Of a stretch of DNA of 64,000 bases, positions 39,730-46,368 are shown piece after piece. The notes beneath the pieces are model-generated. The model was given only the letters and a program-made list of their open reading frames with translations. It searched no databases and was not told where the DNA came from. The DNA comes from a virus: the IMG/VR virus record IMGVR_UViG_3300019752_000001. One strand, given 5' to 3'. The translations under genes were made by a program, and so were the position numbers. How positions within the stretch are numbered: the stretch's first letter is position 1; each line of letters begins with the position of its first letter.

Positions 39730-40395
39730 TTATGGAGGAGCTGGAATAATTGGATCTGAAGGATCACGTGGAGGGTAACTAACAATCTCATCTTCACAAG
39801 TTATTGTTGTGCTTCCGTCATGTCCTGTTGTATCGAATATAACTGTCTGAATAAACCCGTCAATATCCTGGTCAAATGGTTCATCTGTCCTGACATCTTC
39901 TATGATCATGTGGAATGTCATAGTCCCTACAGAGCGTTGTTCCCAATTCACCCCATCAAGAGGTACAGGACGATCTTCTACTACAGAGTTTTTATGATGA
40001 CCTGCACCATTCTGCCAGAAGTATTTATATGCAACCCCTTTATTCTCAATCCTATGCATAATTGCCGAGATAACATCTTGAGGTAGGATAGGGATTATCA
40101 GGGAAGGGTCTGGAGCAGCCTTATCGTAAAACTCTTTATAGCAGCTTACTTCTACATCAATTATATAGTTAAGAGAATAAATTGAGTTACCCTCAGAATC
40201 AAACCGTCTAAAACTTCCTCTATCCATGGGGTTTGTTATTCGTGGTCTATATGTTACATATTGCTCCTTTGGTCTAGCGAAGTTAGTCATTGCATAATAA
40301 ACTCTATCATGACCAACAACACTTTTAACAAACTCTTGAAAGTTTATAGAGAAATCATAAAAAGCTTCTCCCTGTGAGGTTTGCTTTAATGTCAT
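39730..40395 (-). CDS. Neck/tail terminator protein
   Basis: RP...Y, WEQRS motifs; upstream of the sheath gene. Confidence 0.7.
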   Translation of the reverse strand: MTLKQTSQGEAFYDFSINFQEFVKSVVGHDRVYYAMTNFARPKEQYVTYRPRITNPMDRGSFRRFDSEGNSIYSLNYIIDVEVSCYKEFYDKAAPDPSLIIPILPQDVISAIMHRIENKGVAYKYFWQNGAGHHKNSVVEDRPVPLDGVNWEQRSVGTMTFHMIIEDVRTDEPFDQDIDGFIQTVIFDTTGHDGSTTITCEDEIVSYPPRDPSDPIIPAPP

Positions 40396-40421
40396 AGTCT
40401 CTCCTTATATTTGTTTCCCTC

Positions 40422-40838
40422 TTATTGATCATTCTTACGTACAACTAAAAGGTGATAATGTGGAACTACCTGGTTTCTCCACGCCTTCCTCTGCATCACA
40501 ATGAACCAGCCAGGGTCTGATGCAAGCTCTCCTGAAGAAATCCCCATATCCAGGAACACCTCATCAGGATTTGAATTAGTTCCTTCTATTGCAGGGTTTG
40601 CATTAGTCGCTGTGAAGATGTTGTAAGCTTCAACCTCTTTATAACCCTCTCCAAGTGTTTCTAGTTCTTCACCAGAAGCTGGCTGAATAGTGCAGGCCTT
40701 TAAGGTGAACTCATTAAACTCAACCATATCATCAGAAGAATAACCATTAGGAAGGAATTGCTGAGTAACTGTACGAGCTGTTAAGTTTAACCTGGGTAAT
40801 GCACTCCTTGTTGTTCTTGTCCAACGTCTTACTGCCAT
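40422..40838 (-). CDS. Head closure / head-tail joining protein
   Basis: IQP....LETLGEG...YNIFT, HYH; synteny. Confidence 0.7.
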   Translation of the reverse strand: MAVRRWTRTTRSALPRLNLTARTVTQQFLPNGYSSDDMVEFNEFTLKACTIQPASGEELETLGEGYKEVEAYNIFTATNANPAIEGTNSNPDEVFLDMGISSGELASDPGWFIVMQRKAWRNQVVPHYHLLVVRKNDQ

Positions 40839-40882
40839 GTATACTTAGTCTCCTTGTTGATGTATCTATTATAATACTCTCG

Positions 40883-41335
40883 TTAACTGTCTTTTCCTGT
40901 CTTACTCCAACGCCTAACACTTTGAACCATTTCTAATGTGTCTAGTAGAGGCGTAGGGTTGTTGGTTACAACATAGTTGCCAGAGGTTATAGAGTAAGGT
41001 ATGTTGTCAGCTATACGCCATGACAACTTGTTTAGAAGAGGACGGAGAGGCTTCTTGTTGTACAGGTGTTGCTCAATAAGATCAGCTCTATCCTTGAGAG
41101 TTATGTGATCTCTGTCATGCTGAGCAGCCTGTGTCATAAATGGACGAGGAACAATATACTTAGTTCCGTGCTCATGGATGTATGCGATAGTTGCCATCCC
41201 TGTACCAGAGTCAGCATGTTTATCAATATCATCAAACCCTGCTGAGGCTTCTGCACCATCGATGTTCTTAAGCTTCTTCATGAAGTTTGTGAGGTTGTTC
41301 TTTGATGTCACCTTGTTTGTAAACTTAGGACACAT
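40883..41335 (-). CDS. Neck / tail completion protein
   Basis: IAYIHEHGT..IVPRPF, PLLDT. Confidence 0.78.
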   Translation of the reverse strand: MCPKFTNKVTSKNNLTNFMKKLKNIDGAEASAGFDDIDKHADSGTGMATIAYIHEHGTKYIVPRPFMTQAAQHDRDHITLKDRADLIEQHLYNKKPLRPLLNKLSWRIADNIPYSITSGNYVVTNNPTPLLDTLEMVQSVRRWSKTGKDS

Positions 41336-41336
41336 A

Positions 41337-41843
41337 TTAGAAGCTCCCTACACCACGAAGCCTAAACCCTCTGTCTCGTGCGTTACGATTACCTCGTGTA
41401 CCTACAGCACGGCTACCACCACCAATATTGGAGTTAGTGTCCCTGAACAGGTAGTTCTGCTGATAACCTGGGCCAACACTTTCAAGGTCATCCTCCACTC
41501 TAACAACTTCTGTACGGACAACACCACCAATAATAATATTAGCTGAACGTGAAGCAAACTCTTTCTCAAGTTCATCAATAAGATCTTTCAGGTTATCAAA
41601 TAATTGATTACCATAAACCTCAATTAGTCCTTCTCGTTCACGTACATACTGAGCAGACCTAGCCATAATGGTTCTAGCAGCCGCCAACGTAGCAATACCC
41701 TCATCATTCCCGTTAGCAGATAGCAAGTATTCCAGCTCAGCGTCTTTTAAAAACTCCTCTTCCTCATTATCCCAGACATCTTGAAGTCTAAACCTGATAC
41801 GGTAGATGGGGACAGACATTAATAAGTTAGGATCATAAGACAT
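41337..41843 (-). CDS. Head-tail adaptor protein
   Basis: RIRFRLQD...FLKDAELEYLL; start ATG 41843 after GGAGG. Confidence 0.72.
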   Translation of the reverse strand: MSYDPNLLMSVPIYRIRFRLQDVWDNEEEEFLKDAELEYLLSANGNDEGIATLAAARTIMARSAQYVREREGLIEVYGNQLFDNLKDLIDELEKEFASRSANIIIGGVVRTEVVRVEDDLESVGPGYQQNYLFRDTNSNIGGGSRAVGTRGNRNARDRGFRLRGVGSF

Positions 41844-41844
41844 A

Positions 41845-42213
41845 TTACAAGCCTCCTCCTTTCCATCTGGCTGGACCATTTGTACGAGAGTCGATATGTA
41901 CAAAGGTTTTGTATAGTCCGAAACCGTATTGGTCTGGATACTGATTGCAAAGGTAGTTGTATAACCCCTCAGGATCTAGTGTAGGAAGATCCATAGCACG
42001 ACCTTTAAGGTGTTGAGAGTGCTTTGTACCCTTCTCAGCTGCGTTGTGAACTGCGCAACGAGCACCAGAGGTAGGTTTGATAGGGTGACGTACAAAGTCC
42101 CTGCATTCATCAGCTAGAGCCAGTGTAACCCCATCCATTGTGTCAAACCCGCAGCCACACTTACAGGCTACTTCGTGACGATAGAAATGTTTACTAATTT
42201 TTTCTTTAGGCAT
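41845..42213 (-). CDS. Endolysin, peptidase M15A family
   Basis: HF...E.ACKCGCG, TSGARC..HN, SQHLKGRAMD, FVHIDSR. Confidence 0.9.
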   Translation of the reverse strand: MPKEKISKHFYRHEVACKCGCGFDTMDGVTLALADECRDFVRHPIKPTSGARCAVHNAAEKGTKHSQHLKGRAMDLPTLDPEGLYNYLCNQYPDQYGFGLYKTFVHIDSRTNGPARWKGGGL

Positions 42214-42326
42214 AATTTTCCCTTCATTGTTATAAAGCCTGAGAAACAAGCCTTATAAGGATGAAAAGTGATGAATAGAAAAGGTAATGTTATGATGTAA
42301 AGTTATAATACGTAAGATACGAAAAT

Positions 42327-42371
42327 GCCCAAGCTCCTACGTAGAGGGGAGGCTACGAAGAGGCTTGGGTC
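42327..42371. other. Imperfect hairpin at the distal end of the tRNA transcript (possible terminator or processing site)
   Basis: CCCAAGC..CGTAG...CTACG..GCTTGGG. Confidence 0.5.
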
Positions 42372-42430
42372 TTATTTAAGTATTACTACTTGTTAATACT
42401 TGCATATAAATATACTTGTATAAATACCCT

Positions 42431-42519
42431 TAGCAGCCTCATGGTGAATCGAACACCTCCGCTCCATCCGTCTGCTGTAATGCGACAGGCTTAGAAGGCC
42501 CGTGACGGAAAATGAGGCT
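42431..42519 (-). ncRNA. Non-canonical tRNA-like RNA, anticodon TCT (Arg), no classical D-arm
   Basis: AGCCTCAT/ATGAGGCT acceptor (extends to 13 bp), CGGGC-CTTCTAA-GCCTG anticodon arm, GGTG-TTCGATT-CACC T-arm; ends GCTA rather than NCCA. Confidence 0.75.
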
Positions 42520-42639
42520 GCTAAAAATACTTACAAAAATACTTAGTGTTGTTTATTTAATAATGAAGACTGGAAGATGAATATCTACACCTTATACATG
42601 TGTAGTGGGATCTTTACACAATCTTCATTGTTAAATATT

Positions 42640-42727
42640 TGGAGGCCCTACGGTGAATCGAACACCTTGACATCCTTCCCTCTGTTTTGTGTCGCAAGCT
42701 TAGGAGGCTTGTGAGGGGAGTAGGGCC
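42640..42727 (-). ncRNA. Non-canonical tRNA-like RNA, anticodon CCT (Arg), no classical D-arm
   Basis: GGCCCTAC/GTAGGGCC acceptor + T-CCA, CAAGC-CTCCTAA-GCTTG anticodon arm, identical 4-bp T-arm. Confidence 0.8.
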
Positions 42728-42731
42728 TTGT

Positions 42732-42805
42732 TGGAGCAGGCGACGAGAATCGAACTCGCATCTTCTGGTTGGAAGCCAGAAATTCTACCATTAAACTACA
42801 CCTGC
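42732..42805 (-). tRNA. tRNA-Gly(TCC)
   Basis: GCAGGTG acceptor, TAGTTTAATGGTAGAA D-arm, TCTGG-CTTCCAA-CCAGA, GTTCGATTC, TCCA end. Confidence 0.95.
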
Positions 42806-42806
42806 T

Positions 42807-42881
42807 TGGTGCCTCCGACTGGTAACGATCCAGAGTCTTCCCGGTTATGAGCCAGGCCGCTTTACCTTAAGCTACAAAGGC
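42807..42881 (-). tRNA. tRNA with CAT anticodon (Met or Ile2)
   Basis: GCCTTTG/CGGAGGC acceptor, CCTGG-CTCATAA-CCGGG, atypical T-loop ATCGTTA, ACCA end. Confidence 0.85.
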
Positions 42882-42890
42882 TACTTCTTA

Positions 42891-43136
42891 TTACACTACT
42901 TCAGTAAACTCCAAAGTCCCTTTCTCAAGATCCTGCTTAGTTTCTCTTAGTAGGTGAGATGATATTGTAGATCTTACCACATCAACCTTTACTATTTCAA
43001 CAAGTTTATCAGGATTGTTTTCAACCTCTTCATAGAATAGATCCAGCATCTCTACAGAGGCATATTCAGCTGCTTGTTTAAAGACTACTGTCTGTCCCAC
43101 TCTTAGCTCGAAACAGGATTTAACTCCATCCCTCAA
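42891..43136 (-). CDS. Hypothetical phage protein
   Basis: 81 aa, GAGG RBS, TTG start. Confidence 0.55.
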   Translation of the reverse strand: MRDGVKSCFELRVGQTVVFKQAAEYASVEMLDLFYEEVENNPDKLVEIVKVDVVRSTISSHLLRETKQDLEKGTLEFTEVV

Positions 43137-43275
43137 GAGAAGACCTCACCACCTTTATTATACTTCTTCTCAAGGTATGTTACAGCCTCTGTGTGTCCAT
43201 TCTTCAATAACACTTCCTTCCACAAATCGCGCATACCTGTTAGTAACATTTCAGCTTTCTCGTATTCAGAGTTTT

Positions 43276-43458
43276 TCATAACACCTGTTCCTTGTTACTG
43301 ATTATAAACTTACGTTTGTCTTCTCTTGACAACCCACAAGGAATCGAGATAGTAGACTCGCTATTTAGCTTAGCCTCCACTACAACCTCGATAGCTCGCT
43401 CAAGACCTATGATGTCTACAGCTTCCTTCAAAACTTCACTTAGTTTTTGGTATATCAT
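43276..43458 (-). CDS. Hypothetical phage protein
   Basis: 60 aa, GAGG RBS. Confidence 0.55.
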   Translation of the reverse strand: MIYQKLSEVLKEAVDIIGLERAIEVVVEAKLNSESTISIPCGLSREDKRKFIISNKEQVL

Positions 43459-43513
43459 AGTCTACCTCAAATTCATTAAACATTTGTTCTCTCCAGTAAA
43501 TTCCTAGAACGCC

Positions 43514-43545
43514 ATATAACAACGCGCTTAGCGCAAAGGTTATGC
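43514..43545 (+). other. Collapsed attC remnant A
   Basis: ATATAAC-AACGCGCTTAGCGCAAAG-GTTATGC. Confidence 0.6.
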
Positions 43546-43845
43546 GAATGCGCTTTGAGCCTTTCCGCGTAGGCGCATAATTAATGTGTCATCCATATAG
43601 TCGTAATCATCAGGTATATTCCATACCTGCATTTTATGACTATACCCTTTATATTTTCTTCTCAGTTTGCTTCTATGGTGGTTCTCCATGCAAACAATTA
43701 TGTCAGCCCAATCCATCTGCTCTTTAGTTATAGGTCTATCTGCATCTCTGTCGGTGCCAGCATAATCCTTTTCAAATCCCCCTAGACTTTGCGCTGCCGT
43801 TTTACTCCTAAGTCTAGCCATACTACATATAAATAAGACTCTCAT
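43540..43845 (-). CDS. Low-molecular-weight protein tyrosine phosphatase-like protein (cassette gene)
   Basis: VLFICSMARLRS (CX5R P-loop), WADIIVCME, IPDDY. Confidence 0.85.
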   Translation of the reverse strand: MRVLFICSMARLRSKTAAQSLGGFEKDYAGTDRDADRPITKEQMDWADIIVCMENHHRSKLRRKYKGYSHKMQVWNIPDDYDYMDDTLIMRLRGKAQSAFA

Positions 43846-43903
43846 AACAATTCAATCAAAGCGGAACTCCGCTTAGCTCCGTCCGTTTATCTCTGGGTTA
43901 TAC
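43842..43903 (+). other. attC site B (62 bp)
   Basis: TCATAAC-AATTCAATCAAAGCGGA...TCCGTTTATCTCTGG-GTTATAC. Confidence 0.8.
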
Positions 43904-44045
43904 CTCTCAACTCTCGTACCTAGGAGGTACAACTATGGATCAGCACCAACTAAAAAGATTTACTTAACCTGCACCTTAAAAAAAATCACCCAGAATATGA
44001 AGAATGGATGCAATTTGATGAGGTCGTCTCTGGCGACTAGTCCTG

Positions 44046-44210
44046 CTACCTTACGGTGTAGTTAAGGGCTAAGTCTGTAGCCTCTTCTTGTGTGAGTCTC
44101 CCTTCCTTTACAGATTCGAGGAAGAACTCCTTCTTAGCCTTAGCTACACGTACCTTGTGCTCGTAATTTTCTATCAAGGAGTTAAAATGTTCTTCAATGA
44201 GGTTCGTCAT
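44046..44210 (-). CDS. Small hypothetical protein (54 aa)
   Basis: Manual translation MTNLIEEHFNSLIENYEHK...NYTVR; GGAG RBS. Confidence 0.55.
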   Translation of the reverse strand: MTNLIEEHFNSLIENYEHKVRVAKAKKEFFLESVKEGRLTQEEATDLALNYTVR

Positions 44211-44254
44211 TAATTATTCTCCATAATCCGTGTTATAAAAGTAAACCAAAGAGG

Positions 44255-44290
44255 TTATGACACACCTCGGCTTTATTAAAAATGTTACAA
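44255..44290 (+). other. Degenerate attC remnant C
   Basis: TTATGAC...GGCTTTATTAAAAAT-GTTACAA; GTTACAAGCTCTTT is complementary (13/14) to AAAGAGCTTATAAC at 44737-44750. Confidence 0.5.
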
Positions 44291-44442
44291 GCTCTTTATC
44301 TAAATGTGCACTCCAGAACTTGACCATTCTGTGCACGATTCACTCAGTCCAGCAAGGAGGTGGGCAAGCACACAGTCTTACTGAAATTCACCCTCTGGTG
44401 GTTGTGACTGGCAGACGCCATACAAACACTGGAGACGATTCC

Positions 44443-44598
44443 ATGATCGAATTGACCATTGTCTTACAGGTTGCCGGTAGTATTGTCCCTGTAAGCTTGG
44501 TTCAGGTTGCAGTTGAAAATGCTGCTGCGATTAAGGATCTGGCCGCTGCCGCGTATTTGCTGTCCAAGGCAAATAAGATCTTTCGCAAGAAAACCTAA
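44443..44598 (+). CDS. Small hydrophobic peptide with basic tail (cassette gene)
   Basis: GGAG RBS; MIELTIVLQVAGSIVPV...KIFRKKT. Confidence 0.5.
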   Translation: MIELTIVLQVAGSIVPVSLVQVAVENAAAIKDLAAAAYLLSKANKIFRKKT

Positions 44599-44743
44599 CC
44601 AATAATTCTCTAAGCTTTTCTGAAGCTTCCAGAACCAAACTGATCAAATTGGAACATAGAAAATAAATCTCAAATTAGTAGCGTCTTACCCTCACATGAC
44701 TGTTGAGTTTGGCGCTCACCAAATAGTTAGTACAACAAAGAGC

Positions 44744-44802
44744 TTATAACAAAGCAATCCAACCGGACTGCGCTTCGCTTGCCGCTGTTTGCGGCGTTAT
44801 GT
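44744..44802 (+). other. attC site D (59 bp)
   Basis: TTATAAC-AAAGCAATCCAACCGG...CGCTTCGC...CCGCTGTTTGCGGC-GTTATGT. Confidence 0.85.
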
Positions 44803-44845
44803 TTATCTAGTTCTATTCCTAACCGTTAAGAAAGGAGTTCTTATT

Positions 44846-45058
44846 ATGTCTGAATTAAACGTCTCTCTTGGAACTTACAAATGTATCAAGTGCGGTAATG
44901 AAGAGTTCCCACTCTCCAGTGACTTCCAACTTAGTGACGAGGTTTCCTGCCTCAATTGTGGATTCACTGCTCGCTACGAAGAACTCAGGCAAGCCCACGT
45001 CGAGCAAACATTTGAAGAATCTGCGCAATTCGTTAGGGACTTCCTCAGAATTAAGTAG
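44846..45058 (+). CDS. Small Zn-ribbon protein (cassette gene)
   Basis: AAGGAG RBS; CIKCG...CLNCG. Confidence 0.7.
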   Translation: MSELNVSLGTYKCIKCGNEEFPLSSDFQLSDEVSCLNCGFTARYEELRQAHVEQTFEESAQFVRDFLRIK

Positions 45059-45133
45059 CTCTTTTAGACGAGAAAGTTCTTTAGTGTAATCCTCTGTGTC
45101 GAAAAGAATTTTCCCTGTTCTTTGTTTTTCCAT
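44855..45133 (-). CDS. Antisense ORF overlapping the Zn-ribbon gene
   Basis: 92 aa open frame with GAGG RBS 5 nt before ATG. Confidence 0.45.
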   Translation of the reverse strand: MEKQRTGKILFDTEDYTKELSRLKELLNSEEVPNELRRFFKCLLDVGLPEFFVASSESTIEAGNLVTKLEVTGEWELFITALDTFVSSKRDV

Positions 45134-45170
45134 AAAAACCTCATACGGTGGATAGTTAGTCAATTTTAAA

Positions 45171-45189
45171 ACATAACAAAGTGTTACAT
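45171..45189 (+). other. Collapsed attC remnant E
   Basis: ACATAAC-AAAGT-GTTACAT; AAACATAAC is perfectly complementary to the cassette start GTTATGTTT (44796). Confidence 0.6.
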
Positions 45190-45255
45190 GTTCACCTGCA
45201 CTCCTACAACCAAGCTGGAGCGCTCTTTAACACCAAGTCCAAGGAGGACTTATTT

Positions 45256-45477
45256 ATGTCTGATTACCACTTTAAACAGGGTTTTAACCCTAAATGCCTG
45301 TCTTGCGAAAAAGAGAATATCAAGATTTCTCTAAGCGAACACCTATACGGACCTTGCAATGGCCAGTACGAAGTTATTTACTGTGGAGATTGTAAAACAT
45401 TCTTAGGTGCCCACCCAATTGTAGTCAGTAATTTATTTAAAAACTTGCCTACAGATTTGGAAATTAATCACGGTTAA
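45256..45477 (+). CDS. Small Zn-ribbon protein (cassette gene)
   Basis: AAGGAGG RBS; CLSC...YCGDC..FLG. Confidence 0.7.
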   Translation: MSDYHFKQGFNPKCLSCEKENIKISLSEHLYGPCNGQYEVIYCGDCKTFLGAHPIVVSNLFKNLPTDLEINHG

Positions 45478-45676
45478 GTAGTGCAATCTTGATCTTTTCC
45501 TTTTCAATATTGAGATGGTGGATAATCTCTTCTATCATCTCAATCTGATACTGCCCGTTGGAAGAGAAAGTGTTGAGTCGCTTAACCTCGTCGCTGAGGT
45601 TATTAAAGGTCCATTCATTTTTCAAAAGTTTACTCACAATAAAATTACCCCATTCTAATTTGAATATACGAAACAT
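45464..45676 (-). CDS. Hypothetical protein convergent with the Zn-ribbon gene in the same cassette
   Basis: Open frame; its ATG lies in the attC inverse core site (CATAAC); start uncertain. Confidence 0.45.
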   Translation of the reverse strand: MFRIFKLEWGNFIVSKLLKNEWTFNNLSDEVKRLNTFSSNGQYQIEMIEEIIHHLNIEKEKIKIALLNRD

Positions 45677-45746
45677 AACAAGCGTAAACACAGGACAAGC
45701 CTCATTCGCTACGCTCAATCGTTTGCCCGTGTTACGGGCGTTATTA
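45673..45746 (+). other. attC site F (74 bp)
   Basis: ACATAAC-AAG-CGTAAACACAGG...CCGTGTTACG-GGC-GTTATTA with two extrahelical bases. Confidence 0.85.
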
Positions 45747-45838
45747 CTAGGTGCTTTATTTCTCATTAGTGCAATCAGCCACCAACTCATTCAATTGTTT
45801 AGTTAGGACCGATAGAGCTATCTCCAACACTTTAATTA

Positions 45839-46039
45839 TCAGTGAGCTTCAATCAACCTCTTAATATCTCGGTAAGCCTCTTGATGCCCAACCTTCACAC
45901 CATACTCATAAGAGTCATCAAGGTTTCCATTATCCCAATGATCTACCTCAAAGTCAAAGTTATCATTAATAAGGTTGTCTAGTGAGTCGAGTAGTTCTTG
46001 CATCTTGTTATCCATTGTAGTCACCATCTCCTGTTTCAA
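45839..46039 (-). CDS. Hypothetical acidic protein
   Basis: Behind the promoter at 46056-46084; true start probably slightly downstream. Confidence 0.6.
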   Translation of the reverse strand: MKQEMVTTMDNKMQELLDSLDNLINDNFDFEVDHWDNGNLDDSYEYGVKVGHQEAYRDIKRLIEAH

Positions 46040-46055
46040 AAATTAAACATTCCCT

Positions 46056-46084
46056 ATTATAAACCTAGCAGTCTGCATAGTCAA
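46056..46084 (-). promoter_or_regulatory. sigma70 promoter pointing into the cassette array and tRNA cluster
   Basis: TTGACT-17nt-TATAAT. Confidence 0.8.
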
Positions 46085-46274
46085 CAGAGGAAGGTTTCAT
46101 TTGTTAAGATCTTTATTAGCGATCACCTCATTCACTGCAGACATCACGTTTATGTAACTTCCAGCCCACCACAGAGGACTAGTGTAAGACTTGTACATCT
46201 TGTGGTAAAGGGAGGGTGTAAACATATTCTTCTCCTTGTACTGTTTAGTATGTCTTAGAGCTTCTGTAAGCCGT

Positions 46275-46337
46275 CTAGGAGAGGCGTTACCTTATAGGTA
46301 TACAATCACACTACCTGCTTAGTAAAACCTCTCCTAG
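46275..46337. repeat. Dispersed palindromic intergenic element (family member)
   Basis: CTAGGAGAGG/CCTCTCCTAG arms; loop with TGTGATTGTATACCT on the minus strand. Confidence 0.65.
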
Positions 46338-46368
46338 TCGCGTTTAACTCCTGTGTAGTAAGGAGCTC

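Larger units (their letters stand above)
43514..45746 (+). mobile_element. Integron gene-cassette array without integrase (CALIN-like)
   Basis: Three intact attC-like sites and three collapsed remnants; cassette ends are mutually complementary. Confidence 0.8.

Noticed and set aside
42431-42727. Amber suppressor tRNAs (both loops contain CTA)
   Set aside because: With 5-bp stems and 7-nt loops the anticodons are TCT and CCT. CTA is off-register, and genes here end normally at TAG with no sign of recoding.
43276-43282. TCATAAC as a further attC core site
   Set aside because: Explained by an overlapping ATGA stop/start; no matching arms or downstream GTT core.
43514-45746. Prophage attachment site or host chromosomal DNA
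   Set aside because: No integrase or host housekeeping genes; both flanks are phage-like and the tRNAs belong to the phage cluster.
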